Shown piece after piece: positions 1 through 13,224 of a DNA stretch of 64,000 nucleotides. The stretch's first letter is position 1. Each line of letters begins with the position of its first letter. The stretch covers positions 113,958,001-114,022,000 of the forward strand of contig NW_024704742.1 of assembly GCF_018977255.1 (NCBI RefSeq). The letters run 5' to 3'. Position numbers and translations under genes: made by a program. This DNA comes from Callorhinchus milii (lineage: Eukaryota). The notes under the pieces were generated by a model. The model saw nothing but the letters and a program-made list of their open reading frames with translations, made no database searches and was not told the DNA's origin.

Positions 1-635
1 GTTTGTAACATCTGTGGAAAAATGGAAAATCTTTTTTTAATCTCATACCATATTATGCTCTCAAGTGTTTTTTCCCACTATAGATACCAACAGTTTTCAG
101 CCTTATGCCTCATTCCTCTTTTGACTAACTCACAACAATCTGATTATTGTATAAAAACTGCCTTCACTATGTTACTAATTCTGCCATTGAGAGCAGAAAA
201 TAAACAGAACAATGCAACAGTAACAGAATAGTAACTGTTGTTTTCCTGCAGCACCATAGATTAGTATCCTGGTGTTTTTAATTAATTGACTTAAAGGGTC
301 AATGAGTAACAGCAAACAAGTTCCTTGGAGATTTTGCCTGTGACGTTTTGCTTCCATTTGTACATTAGGGTGAATTTGTTGAAATGTATGTTACAATATG
401 GTCCTTTTGAATAATTGGGCTTAATGAGTTAATGTCCTTTCCTAGTAAACACTCCATATTAAATGAAATTTCACAATGCTGCAAAAGAGAAATCGTACTC
501 TTTATGTACTGACATCTAGAAGAGTAAACAAATAGTAGTCAGTGAAAAGACACATTTATACTAACAATTTAGCAAATTTAAAAGATCTTAGTAAGCTAAT
601 ATTTGTATAAGAAACATATGTAACTCTTCCCCCTC

Positions 636-746
636 CATCACCTCCCTTCCAAATCCAACCCCGATCTTGGGTGCATACCCTCACCTCTCCAGTACTTTGA
701 AATGTCTTCCTAACGTGAAAGGTGCTATATAAATGCAAAGTGTTGT
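636..746 (+). mobile_element. Old L2 LINE 3' end fragment
   Basis: Ends in ...acgtgaaaggtgctatataaatgcaaagtgttg, the same terminal motif as the L2 copies elsewhere in the window. Confidence 0.65.
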
Positions 747-1306
747 GACTGGACATCCAACTGATTTCAGATTAGTAAATATCAAAGGTTAAGTTGGAAA
801 AGTCTCTCACTAGTTGCTTTCCTCCAAAATTTCAGGAGACATACGAGGTATGAACCATTGCTTGTAAATCTATTTGTGGTGGGGACTACCATTAAATATG
901 TTAATGATAGTTAATGATAACAGAAATACAGCAGCTCCTTCATAAATGCTCTTTTTTCAGAGGTCTGAGTGTCTATTTGAAGGGCAGAAAGGATGCCCAG
1001 TATGCAAAAGAGAGGGCTGGTTGGTAGGAATTCACCTCGGTTGTCAATTCTCTTAGTGTTACTCTGAGGACTGCCAGGGAGTTCTGGAAGAACAATTTAA
1101 AATGGAGCATGCAGTACAATGCAATTGTAAATGCATGTACATTGTTTCTGCTTTGGCTATCATGTTCCCCTGTAAAGGAGCAGTATCCTTGAATAACTTG
1201 TGTGTGTTTGCCAAAATGATTAATTGTTTATGTCCATGAACTGTAGATGGCGAAAAATTGTGCATTTTCAAGCTTTACAATTCCTAAAATCCCAACAGAA
1301 TATTTA

Positions 1307-1487
1307 ATAATAATATTTTTTGCATTTGTTATAGTGCCTTATCAAATCAACAAGACATCTCAAAGTGCTCACAAAGTATACTGTTAAGTTAATTGACTGT
1401 ATATTTTGTGGGCGAAAAGTGGCAGCCAATTGCACACAGCAGTGTCCCACAAACCGTTGTGGATTGAGTGACCAAATTATTATTATT
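1307..1487 (-). mobile_element. tRNA-derived SINE, 3' half
   Basis: Reverse complement of the body (ctgtttgtgggacactgctgtgtgcaattggctgcc) and tail of the full SINE copies. Confidence 0.85.
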
Positions 1488-1614
1488 CAACGATTGAATA
1501 TTATTGAATAATGAATAGTATTGTGAAATTATGTAAAACATTACAACACTGAGCCTTCTATTGCACGTAAGTCTTGAATATCATGAATTCTGAGTCTATT
1601 GCAGAAGTCCTTGC

Positions 1615-2142
1615 AAGCCTGACTCAATTGGTAGCGCTCTTGTTCCAAGTCAAAAGGTTGTGGGTTCAAGATCCACATTTGCACTTTGCACTCACACAGT
1701 CTTGGCCTGCAGTGTAATCCAGTACTGCGACTTCACTGCATTTTTGGAGGCGTTGTGCATCGGTTGAGATGTTAAACCAAGGTCACATCTGCCTTTTCAG
1801 GTAGGCGTTAAATATTCCATCCAATGATCAAAAAAAGAAGGAGGTTTTTCCTGATTTCCTGGTCAACAATCCTCCAGGTAAAATTAACATTCACTTCATC
1901 ACTGTTTATATATACAGTCTATTCACTTTACACCATATTCTGTGAAGCGCTTTGAGATGTCTAGAAGACGTGAAAAGCGCTATATCAAATGCAAGGATTA
2001 TTATTATTATTATCGGAAACTACGGTGCATAAATTAGCTGCCGCTTTCAGTTACAACAATTACAATCACTATACATTACAATAAAATCCTGAGACGTCCT
2101 CCTGACATAAAGGCACTATATCAAATGTATGGATTATTTATT
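1615..2142 (+). mobile_element. Old DeuSINE (SacSINE1/AmnSINE-like) carrying a younger SINE 3' fragment at ~1908-2012
   Basis: Head gactcaattggtagcgctc...ggttgtgggttcaag; Deu-like body gagatgttaaaccaaggtc...caggtaggcgttaaa; own tail at ~2090-2142; inserted younger tail ending tattattat. Confidence 0.75.
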
Positions 2143-2719
2143 GCTTTCCTTGTAGCTGAGTTAATCTGGATTATCCTGAATGGGTGTGTGTTGTGGTCCC
2201 ATATGGTACTTGTGTGTGTTCATGCTCGATATGTAAGGAAGTTGATGGAAAATGCTAGGGAATGATGAAGCCGATAGACTTTTGAGAAACTCTGATAATC
2301 CACTACGATTTTTTCAAAGTAGAAACTTGACCAAAACTAGGTCCAGGATAGGCTTGGAAAGCAGATCATATCAGATCTGGGGGTGCCCCTTCAGAAGCCA
2401 TAACAGTTACTCTGCTGTGCAAATGAATTGTAGATCTGTATGTTGTGCAGAATGGGATTGTTGTTGGATGTTATACTCAGTGCATTAGCTGATGCTTTGC
2501 TGTTTATGATGTTATGTAATGGAATGTTTGTTTTCTTGGATATGAACAGGCCAGCTACTGCAGTATTTTAACTTCACTATTATTGAAGAGTGAATTTCCA
2601 CCATTACTCCCAGCTTGGGTCCAAAACACAGATTGTTCAGCTCTAACTTCTACATCTTTAAATTGCCTTTGATCACCTTGAACTTCCTCTCATCTGTTGT
2701 TTGGTGTGATCTCTGCTCA

Positions 2720-3290
2720 CAAGATCATAAGATTATTTTGGGTGAAGAAAGCCCTTTGGCTCATCTGATCTCATCCTTCCAGAATACCCATCCTATTGTC
2801 CACTCATTATAACAGCAAGTTGTTTTTTAAGTGAGTTCAGTGTCCTGGCCTCAACCATCCTTCCTGGCAACCTGTTCCAGCTGTTAACTACCCTCTAAGC
2901 AAAGAAAAACTTTTAAACTCTATGCTTATGTCATCTTGTTCCATTGTCTTGTTGCATCCTAAAAGTATTGTTTTGGATTTACTTTGTCAATCCCAATTAA
3001 AAATGTATAAACTTCTATGAGGTCCACTCTGAGTCTTTCAAGAGTGAAGAGCCTAGCTTGTCCAATCATTGCTCCTAGCTCCTTCCTCTAACACTGTAGA
3101 TCATCCTTGTTGCTCTTTTCTGTACTGCCTCCAGGACCTGGCAACCCTCTTATGTTGTGTTTACCAGAACTGTATGCAGTACTCTAGCTCTACTCTTATA
3201 TTGCAGTACAGTCTAACCAGAGAACTGTACAGCCTGAATATGTCTGGGGATCTAAACTGAACTGATTTAATACAATAGCCCAGTGTCCTG
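2720..3290 (-). mobile_element. Old CR1 LINE 3' fragment
   Basis: Degenerate match to the reverse strand of the CR1 ORF2 C-terminus and 3' UTR (ccagaactgtatgcagtactctag, i.e. LEYCIQFW on the minus strand). Confidence 0.7.
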
Positions 3291-4804
3291 TTTTTAATCA
3301 TTAATACAAAAAGGATTTTACATGACATAAATATTTTACCATTAAATCCAGTCTTTACACATCTTTACCTTAAATCTTCCTCAGCCACACTTTCTAGGAC
3401 CATCCTGAAGCAAAGTCATTCTTGACATTGTTATTAAACTCTGATTTATGGAGGGACTTATTGCCATGGCTACAATTCACATTGTAATATTAAAGGAAGC
3501 AAAGCTTCAGGTGAATTGTCTGTGAATACAACTCTAGCTCAAAATAACAGACTTGCACTTTATTTTATTATAATTCATTGTTTCACAGGTTTTACATTTA
3601 TATTGGGATTATCCTTTCGCTTGTATGTTTTTATTTCTGATTATGCAGTTTCTATTTTCATTTAACTGGAAACAGAAATGCATTCTTACAATTGATACTG
3701 TTCTCGAAATAGCTTCTTCCTTACATTAAGATAAGTGTCAGTCCTCAACAGTACCAATCTGAAATTGGAGGCTTGACTATCAATCTGTACATAATGCTGG
3801 AACTACATGTGAATTATTTGCATTTAAATGTTTTCTGTTATGGTAGAAATGACCATTGGCATAAGTGCCCTCAGCACAGTGAGCATTGGGAATTTAAAAT
3901 ATACAATCAGGTCGCATCTTGTGCATATTGCAATAATTCTTGGGAAAAAGCTATTAATTTGAAAGGAATAACATATTGAAACAAAAAAAAAGCCAAAAGA
4001 AATGAATACAGTTGGCACAACAACATTCTAAGTTAAATTGCATTTGTAAAACAATTTTTGAATTTCACCACTTTTGTTTCTGGATGCAGTGTTCTGTGCC
4101 TTTTGGCTATCTGAAATGTGACCCAATGCACTGCTGAATAAAGCAACTATCTGAGCAAAATGCTGACACATCTGTTTCAAGAGTTAAAAAGGTAGAAACC
4201 GATGCACTCCATTGCAGAGCCTCTGGGGAGAGTAATCGAATTTACTTCCAAGTTTCTTTTTTCACAAACATGCTATAATTTAGTGGTAGAGTGTAGCGTC
4301 ATACATCATCACAATATGTAGGTCCATAGTCTTTCACTCAAAAGGCCTGACATCTGGCTTTGACTAAGGAGTTCAGTGTCAAAGCTTTGGCTGGTGCAGT
4401 GCCTGGCTCTCAAGAACTAATTACCAGTACTGAGTGCAGAAGTTAGGGGATCCAGGGGATTCAATTCTAGTGTTCACATAGTCTTGATACAAAGGGAGTC
4501 CTGTTCTGCATTACACTGCTCGCCTTAATTAGGAAGTGAGCCTGTTTGCCAACCACATTGAGAATTACACGATTGCAGCAGTGTACTTTGTGCAAAAGGA
4601 CAAGTTTAGTTCAATGACTTTTATATACTTGCATTAAACGAATAAAGGATATGCTCTTAAGTTAACTTAACTCAATGTTTACATTATCTTAAACATTGCC
4701 TCTGGCAATTTATAGCTGTTCTCAAGAGCTTAAAATGGAAATAAAGCTTGACTGTGCTTTGTTCAAATGTTGCTTTATGTTTTGTATTCAAATCCATATT
4801 CCAT

Positions 4805-4910
4805 ATTTGCCCACAAATATACAGTCAATTCACTTTACAGTCTATTCTGTGAAGCGCTTTGAGATGTCTAGAAGACGAGAAAAGCGCTATATCAAATGCA
4901 AGGATTATTA
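4805..4910 (+). mobile_element. SINE 3' fragment
   Basis: gcccacaaatatacagtcaattcac...aagcgctatatcaaatgcaaggattatt. Confidence 0.85.
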
Positions 4911-5159
4911 TATGCACGATAGTTGGATAAATAAAATGTGAATCTGAAAATTGGCTTCTTACAAATGATGCAGTGGTGTTTTCCATTGAATTGCTGCCGG
5001 CAAGATTATGTGCAAGGAAAACGTCTTCTCCAGGAACTCCGCTGGAAACTTCAGCTGGATCCAAGTCCTTGTTGCAATTTAATAATAATGACAAAAATAA
5101 TAATCCTAATAATAAATATACAATAATCCTTGCATTTGATATAGCAGCTCTTCACAGGA

Positions 5160-5790
5160 GGAAACACTGCATTATTGGAGCTATAGTCCTTTAGATGAGA
5201 CTTTTCAAGTCTTTCCACGTAGCTAGAACCTCTCATTCTTGGAATCATCCCAATGAATTTCTGCTGTATCCACTACATGGGGTGTAACATTATTTTTACA
5301 ATGAGGTGCCAGAAATTGTGTCCAGACCAATGTCTTGTACAAATTTAACACCACCTATCTGCATTTATATTCAATAACGCTAGATATAAAACCTAGAATT
5401 TCATTTTCGTTGCAGCCCCACTTTTAAAATCTATTAACTCATGCTTTCTTTCTTTTTATTCCTCCAGAAATGCACTACTTTTCCTTTCTATACATTGACT
5501 TCCATTTTTCACTTGTCATCCAGGCTGCTAACCTGTCCATGTCTTCCTGTAGTCTTCTGCATTACTCCACAAAGTTTGCCATGGACCCAAACCTGGCATT
5601 ATCAGTAAATTTAAACATCTTGATCTCATAAACCTGATTCCAGATCATTTATATATTCTGTATATGGAAAGTAAGAGGTGCCCAGCACAGACCTCCTGGG
5701 ATATGCTACTGACTATCTTCTGACAATCCAAAAATAATCTCTTTACTGCTACTCTGCTTCCTGTCTTTCAGCCAATCTGATACAGTCCAC
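5160..5790 (-). mobile_element. Old CR1 LINE RT-region fragment
   Basis: Minus strand resembles FADD-type RT (aaatttactgataatgccagg) and downstream CR1 ORF2; heavily decayed. Confidence 0.65.
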
Positions 5791-6789
5791 AGCACTTTAC
5801 CCACATGGTCAATACTCATGTGTGAGCTTTAATGGTAAATCTCAGGCTATTAGACCATGGGGAAAACCAGAAGATCCTATTATTTATTTGATATACACAT
5901 CCACTAGCTACCTAGTTAGCTCAGACCAGTCCAGAAACTTGCCTGAGTAGACTATTAGGGGTCCATCATAGCTAAAGACGTGATAAGTTGTTGCATAAAA
6001 TGTAAGGATTATTATTAGTATTATCTGTATAGTTCAGTTACTCAGTCAATGAAGTAATTTACCCATTGAAGAGAAAACAAATTCACTTTTTAAATTACAG
6101 GTTATATTTCTTATTGGGACTTTTTTTCAAAGGGTATTTTTAAAATGTTATGACACTCCAAATGTACAACAAAAATCAATTTCTCTGGCATTATAAGGGA
6201 CAATCAGCTCCCTTTAAAACTCCTTTAAAACACAAAGTATTTTTTTAAAATCTAAGAATACAAATGTAATGGATGTAAAATAAAATTAAGCATCATAATA
6301 TATATAAAAGAACATTGGAATATAAGAATTTGCTATGCAAAAAAAGACTAAGGTCCATCCAGTTCACCTTCCACCATCCTGGCAGTCGCATGCACATGTC
6401 ATGTCCCAAACTATATATTATATCCCAACATATTATTTCCTAATATAAATCTAATTTGTTCTAATAAAAAGATATTTTTCTTCTGTTGAGATGTTTTATT
6501 TGGTATTTCTTGTCTAGGAAACATGCAATACAACATCCTGGCAAATGTTTTAGTTGGGTATTTTTACTGCTTTTGCTAGCTATAATTCTTATAGAAAGTT
6601 ACTCCAGCTGTAGCACAACCATTGAAAATAAAAGTATTATTTTGCAATACTGACTTTAAAGATATCAATATTGATCTGTTAATCTAGTAGTTACTAGCTA
6701 CACTTTACAGTGAATTCCTGTGAGGCGCTTTGGAGACATCGTCCTGATGTAAAAACTCAAATGCAAATGCAATCAAATATATCAAATAC

Positions 6790-7000
6790 TCTGTCTTCAA
6801 TTCTAACTTCCGGAACTCCCTGCCTCAATCTCTTCGGCTCACCTTTATTTATCATTAAAACCAACTTTTAAGACGTACCTTTTCAACCAGACCTGTGGTC
6901 ACCTCCCCGCTTCCTTCTCCTTTGCTCGGCGTCTAAACCACCACTGTGCAGTACTCTGAGATGCTATCCTGCATGAAAGGTGCTATATAAATGCAAGCTA
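6790..7000 (+). mobile_element. Old L2 3' end
   Basis: ggaactccctgcc (WNSLP-like) ... gaaaggtgctatataaatgcaag. Confidence 0.65.
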
Positions 7001-8094
7001 ACATTAACAGTAATTACCTACATACAGTATTAATATCATACTCATTTGCAGCTGATTATTATCTGATTTTCTTTAAAACTTTTGCACTTATCAGGATGGG
7101 AGTAGAGGTGCTACTCAATGCGCCTCATTGCTCACCCCTGAGTTATGGAGGGAAAGAAATCTTTATGGTCTTGCTTGGTATTAAATGACCACTGAAAACG
7201 CAGTGTATGGATGGCGACCGAAGAAATAATTGGGTTTGGCGATGAGTTTTCTTGATAAGTCAATTACACAGTCAAACTTACTGGCTGTCTCAAGCATTAG
7301 AACAAGTACTAAAAAGAAGCCAGTGCCTGTGGAACTACACCCTCATATGACCTAAACCTTCAGGAGAGGAATAGAGAATAGAAGGGCATGAAAGAACTGT
7401 AACCCCTTCCCCCCCTCTCCCAAATATACAAATTTAATGTCCCAGTCATATTACACTGACATACCTGATTGATATGCTTTATAAAATAACAGTAAATATG
7501 GAACCAGGTCAAGTCTATTACCACAATGTAGAAAACATGTTTAAATGATATCAGTAGATAAACCATTATAATGCACTTGGATTGTTGTAAAAGACTGAAT
7601 CTCTCTCGCTCCTTAACTTGACTATTGATTATATTGGTGGATCAGTGATGTTCTGTACATCAGTGTGTAACAGATTTAAGTCAGATGCCCCTGGTAGCAT
7701 GGTGAGATGTGAGCAGAGTGGGACAAGAGCTGTCCTGGTCCCTACTCTTTGTCCCTGATGGTCAGTTTCACATCCCTCTCAACAAAATTGTATGAATTAT
7801 TTTAACTTTCTAAAAAAGCAGCATAAAGAATGAGAAAATCTCAATATAATACTATCAAATCTATCAAATAGTGCAAGATGGACTATAATAATACATTACA
7901 TGCTTCACGCTTAAAGTCTTATCAATACCGATCATTTTCTTAGACTAGCTAATGTAGAATTTTTAAAAATATTGCTATTAAGAGATCTGTCCTTCTATAA
8001 GCATCTCTTGAAAGCATCAGATGTTTTAAGAAAATGACCAGCATTGATAAAATGTGGTGCGTCATTATGGTGCAATTGTACTAAGAATTGTACT

Positions 8095-8423
8095 TGTGGA
8101 GTCCTGTGGCTCAGTGGTTAGAGCACTTGCTTTGCAAGCAAGACACCTGGGTTCAATTCCAGGCAGGGCGAAACCTTGGGCAAGTTTCCTTACTCCACAT
8201 GCCTAATAATAATCCCTCCAAAACCCCAAACAATAATAAATTGGTCATTTTCAATCTACGACTGTTTGTGGGACATTGCTGTGCGCAATTGGCTGCCGCG
8301 TTCGCCCACAAATATACAGTCAATTCACTTTACAGTATATTCTGTGAAGCGCTTTGGGACGTCCTCCCGACGTGAAAAGCGCTATATCAAATGCAAGGAT
8401 TATTATTATTATTATTATTATTA
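8095..8423 (+). mobile_element. Full-length tRNA-Ala-derived SINE, short variant (resembles the chimaera SINE2 family)
   Basis: A box (tggctcagtgg), anticodon arm with TGC, B box (ggttcaattcc), Deu-like core, L2-type 3' stem-loop, (TTA)n tail; very similar copies at 12.6, 27.1, 44.2 and 47.0 kb. Confidence 0.95.
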
Positions 8424-8524
8424 AGAGTATTTATTAGGTAAACTATTGAGATTTGCTCATTTTTATATGCCGCATTTCTATATGCTTGAGCCCTTGTGTA
8501 TTCATTGCACAAAGCCTTATTTGT

Positions 8525-9045
8525 ACATAGAAACATAGAAACAGGAGTAGGCCATTCAGCCCCTCAACCCTGAACTGTCATTCCATAAGACCAAGGCTGA
8601 TCTGTACCTCAAGTCTATTTACCCGCCTTTGCTCCCATATCCCTTAATACCCTAACATAACAAATGTCTATCCACCTCAATCTTGAAGATGTGAATGGAT
8701 CCACAGCCTTTTGGGGGAGAGAGTTCAAGATTTCCACTATTCTTTGGTGTAAAACTGCCTCCCAATTTCACTCCTTAATGGCCTAGCGCTAATTTTAAGA
8801 TTATGCCCCCTTGTTCTGGATTCCCACTAGATAATTATTTGGGGACAAGTTTGCAGGGCAATAGGAAGAGACCGGGGGAACGGGATTGATTTTGGGTAAC
8901 TCTTTTCAAAGAGCCGGCACAGACACAATGGGCCGAATGGCCTCCTTCTGTGCTGTATAATTCTATGATTCTATGATTCAGAGGAAATAGTTTTGCTGTA
9001 TCTACCCAATCAAATCCCTTTATTATTTTAAAAACCTCAATCAGA
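8525..9045 (-). mobile_element. CR1 3' end (minus) with a second CR1 3' end (plus, ~8831-8979) inserted in it
   Basis: Outer tail catagaaacatagaaac; inner copy ends gggccgaatggcctccttctgtgctgtataattctatgattctatg; outer element resumes at agaggaaatag. Confidence 0.85.
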
Positions 9046-9962
9046 TAAATCTAGTAATTCAAATGCTAAACCTATTATTATAAAATCTGCTTGTGGATTA
9101 CTATATAATCATATGCCTTATTTTGTATAAGAACTACACATTGCACATTCATGAGGTTGAGCATTAACAAGACGATGATCAAACCTGAAACAAACAATGG
9201 CTCTTTGCTAATACCAAAAGTATTTCCTGAATGGACAGAAACATAGTAATTTTGATATTGTACTGAAGATCTGTGCTTTGGGGGCATAATTAAACACAGA
9301 ACAGTAACATAAAACAGTCATTTATTCCTTTCGTTCAGTTAAAAATTGTTCAAGAAATTAAAGAGTCCACAGCAGACAAAATCATCCTTTTGTGCAATCT
9401 TGTTTTAACTGGTCTGCAACTTATAGACTTACAATGTAAGGAAACAGCAACATGTGGATCCTGTTATTTCACAGAGGACTGACTTTAGCAGTTCCTTGAG
9501 TGAGTTGATTAAAAGCCTAAGGTAGTCGCAAAAAGTAACAGCATGTGGAAGCTTACAGCCAAATCTTTGGTTCATTTTTTTTGTGGGATTGGAGGAAGAG
9601 TTTATGGAAATTACTATTTTCTTAAAACGCTGGTTCTAGAAATTTGTGATTTATAAACAACCCGACTTTTTGAGGACTGTTCAGAAGTTGTTTTTTATTG
9701 CACTACATAAGGGACCATTTACATTGTTTTGTTACTGATTTAAATATCTGTTCTTTGCGGTGAAAGTCAATTCAGCCAACTGCATCCAGCCAACCCCAAG
9801 CTCAGCTAGTGACAGAAGAGCTGGTATTGCTTATCCAATATCTCAAACAGGAGAAGAATGTATATTTTGTCTTGTAATGTTTATTTCTTGTATATGATGC
9901 ACTTGTGACATGTATATTAATATTATCTTTTTATATAAGGGGAGTGGATTCACTGTACATCA

Positions 9963-10430
9963 CAATTTACATTTATATTAGCACTTTTCATCTCGGGAGA
10001 CCATCTCAAAGCGCTTTGCATAGTTGGGTACCTGAGGGAGGAGAAACACCTGAAGATAATGGGGTGGGGGAGTGAACGGATCATTACTGTTATTAGTTGG
10101 AGGTAAGTCTTAAGGTGGATTTTAAAAGTGGGGAGGAATAGGGCAAGTTGGAGGGACTCTCGAGTTCCATAGAGTAAAATATCACCACCAACAACTTGCA
10201 TTTATATAGCGCCCCACATGCAGCGCTTATAATAATCCTTGCATCTGATATAACATCTTATCATGTCTTTCAGACGTATCAAAGGACTTCACAGAATATT
10301 CTTCAAAGTGAATTGACTGTATATTTTGTGGGTAAAACGCAGCAGCTAATTGCACACACCAGTGTCCCACAAACAGTCGTGGATCGTGTGACCAAATACT
10401 ATTTTTTAACAGATTATTACCCCAAAAAGT
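9963..10430 (-). mobile_element. Cluster of L2 3' ends (~9963-10170, ~10190-10227) and a SINE 3' half (~10228-10430)
   Basis: Three successive reverse-complement tail motifs (ttacatttatattagcac; caacaacttgcatttatatagcgcc; aataatccttgcatctgata). Confidence 0.75.
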
Positions 10431-11094
10431 GATGCGCAAAATTGAGTAACAACCAAATTCTTACTTACTGCTAGCTAAACAGTTGAAATATTTCTAGATG
10501 AATTATTGGTATTGGAACTGGTTGGCTTTCATGATTTACCTGCATTGTTGCAGTCTGCAATTTATGAGTTTGGGCACTTTTACACTCCACATAACACATT
10601 TATTATTCCAATATTACACCGAGTGCTCTTTATACTTATACCATTCTCAGTATGTCAGCAAAATATCCAATTACATTTTCAAATGGAAATGTGTCATGAT
10701 CTGGAATTGACAAAAANTATTTCTTGCTATTGCCATGTCTCTAACTTGGAAGTAGGGATACCTCCTGCTCAGCTCCTGTTAATTTTGCAAGTTAAAGACC
10801 TAACAGATAGGATGGAGTTTAGCTGATCAAGCAGCACAAAGCTGGACAGACAGTGATCATGATAACAAGCTGGTTAAACTACCGTTATTGCACACTCTGG
10901 GGTGCAAACCTGCGCCTAATTCTTTACAGGCTTAGGTGAACAGGGTGTGTCCATCTGGGGAGAGAGCACATACTCCACTGCAGACAAATGGGAAATGTCA
11001 TTGCATCTGTGGAATTCTTGGTCTGGTTCAGATATTCTTAAGTCTGATGATGTTTCCCCATTGTTAGACACCCAACTGATCACCCTATGAAAAG

Positions 11095-11292
11095 TATGAT
11101 GAACCTATCACCACCTTGATACATTTAAGGGGAAGCTAGATAAGTACATGAGGGAGAAAGGAATAGAAGGTTATGCTCATAGGCTTAGTTGAGGAAAGGC
11201 AGGAGGAGGCTCATGTGGAGCATAAATACCAGCATAGACCAGTTGGGCTGAATACCCTGTTTCTGTGCTGTATATTCTATGCAATTCTATGT
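11095..11292 (+). mobile_element. CR1 3' UTR end
   Basis: catttaaggggaagctagataagtacatgagggag...gttgggctgaataccctgtttctgtgctg...attctatg. Confidence 0.8.
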
Positions 11293-11294
11293 AA

Positions 11295-11719
11295 TTCCTC
11301 GTCTTGCTCCACTGGCTCTCCATTCCCCAGAGGATCAAGTTCGAGATCCTTGTCCTCACTTTTAAAGCCATTCACTGTCTTTCCCCACCCTACTTCTGTA
11401 AAAACCTTACCAACCCATCCACTCCCTCTGTTCGACAGGGACTGGTTTGCTTCACGTCCCCGCCCTGTCCGCCCCCCTCAGCAGACGGGCACTTCAGCCT
11501 TTCTGCCCTCACTCTCTGGAACTCTTTCCATGTCTCCATCAAGGCCCATCTCAAAACCTCCCTCTTTGACCATGCCTTTGATCATCTTCCTTCCACCAAA
11601 CCCTTTGCTTCCATCCCTTTTGAATCCAACCCCCAGCTTGGGTGCAAACCCACAACTGTCCAGCATCGTGGGATATCCTCCTGATGTGAAAGGCATTATA
11701 TAAATGCAATGTGTTGTTG
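11295..11719 (+). mobile_element. L2 3' end
   Basis: ORF track LHWLSIPQRIKFEIL...LWNS...HLKTSLF is the L2 ORF2 C-terminus; terminal gtgaaaggcattatataaatgc. Confidence 0.85.
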
Positions 11720-12619
11720 ATCAAACAAAATCTAACTGGTGGAAGGTCTGACTGAGCTTGTTCCTTGACATTGCAGAACTCTACTAATAGGGAAATTGGA
11801 GTTTAATACAATAAGTGTTTTTTCTCATGTATTTCTTAATTAAAAAAAGTGTATTTAATGATATTCTAAACAGTGAATGTACTATAGTTTCCCTACAGGA
11901 GAAGTACTTTATGTAAATTTGTGCTATCATTTTCTCTACAACTTATTGTTAGTGCCCATTGGGAATAATATAAAAATATACATTCTAGAGAAATGTATCT
12001 CTTGTTTCATTCAACAACCGAATATTAACCACATATTTTACAAAGTAAATGTGGCACTTTCTTATTTCAAAACTCACAGAGTCCAAGGTTTGATCTTCAG
12101 CTTTCTTTGACATGCAAATAATTTGTCTTAAAAATAAACCAGTAGTAGCTCTATCTTTTCGATTTAAAAAAAATGCAAAACATGTTTCCATAGTTAATGA
12201 ATTATACTCACTTCCTGTATTTTGCCACCAGATACATGGATATATGGTTGAATCTTAAGTCAGTCTGAGGGCTGGATCTCATTTTAATATTATTTTAAAT
12301 GATCCCTTAAACAAGTCTTGGGCCAGAGGGTAATCAGCAGAAGGCCAGGAAAACTGAACTCATTGAAGAAATAGCTTTAACCTGCAATGTGAAGTCAATA
12401 AGGTAGATATTGCTGATAGATGACAAAAGAAGCCAAAAGGACTTCTCATTTTAACCTCTCTTGTGATTTTTTGTACAAAAATGCTAACAAGGTTAAGATA
12501 TGCAAGTCTTTGAAGAGTACACATTTTAATTCTGTTTCTCCCTCTCAGTGTGAAGGAGTCCTTCCTTTGATTTAAATGGGATTGAAAACATAAACCCAAA
12601 ACAGTACTTTAGGATACAC

Positions 12620-12944
12620 GTGGAGTCTTGTAGCTCAGTGGTTAGAGCACTCGCTTTGCAAATGAGAGACCTGAGTTCAATTCCAGGCAGGGCGAAACCT
12701 TGGGCAAGTTTCCTTACTCCACACGCCTAATAATAATCCCTCCCAAACCAAAAACAATAATAAATTGGTCATTTTCAATCTACGACTGTTTGTGGGACAT
12801 TGCTGTGCGCAATTGGCTGCTGCGTTCGCCCACAAATATACAGTCAATTCACTTTACAGTGTGTTCTGTGAAGTGCTTTGGAATGTCCTCCTGACATGAA
12901 AAGCGCTATATCAAATGCAAGGATTATTATTACTATTATTATTA
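12620..12944 (+). mobile_element. Full-length tRNA-derived SINE, short variant
   Basis: Same head, core and tail as the 8095 copy. Confidence 0.95.
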
Positions 12945-13190
12945 AGTCAGTAGAACAAGAGGACATGGGTTTAGAGGTGCAAAGAGTAATTTCTGGATAG
13001 ACCCAGGAAGTATTTCATCCGAGGGTAATTGACTGAAACAGGTTGTCAGGAAGGGTGGTTGAAGCCGGCACATTTTATATATAAAAATCAGACTGGCACT
13101 TCGATGGGAGGTTGATAGGGTGGGTATTCTGGTGGGATGGCATTAAATGGGCTGGGGAGGGCCTTCTTCATCTGGACCAATCTTGTAATC
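12945..13190 (+). mobile_element. Old CR1 3' end
   Basis: agaacaagaggacatggg (TRGH-like) ... atgggctggggagggccttcttc...cttgtaatc. Confidence 0.6.
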
Positions 13191-13224
13191 TTTCTCTAGT
13201 ACCATTTTGTTGCCAGTTTCCCCT

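Noticed and set aside
8101..8170. tRNA-Ala(TGC) gene
   Set aside because: The cloverleaf is the head of a SINE, continuous with the SINE body and tail in every full copy
8176..8424. Multi-copy small protein family (MGKFPYST...[13 protein letters not shown]s at 8.2, 12.7, 27.0, 44.2, 47.1 kb)
   Set aside because: Chance translation of the SINE consensus, starting at TTG and running into the (TAT)n tail
10718..10718. Single N base
   Set aside because: Assembly ambiguity, not a biological feature
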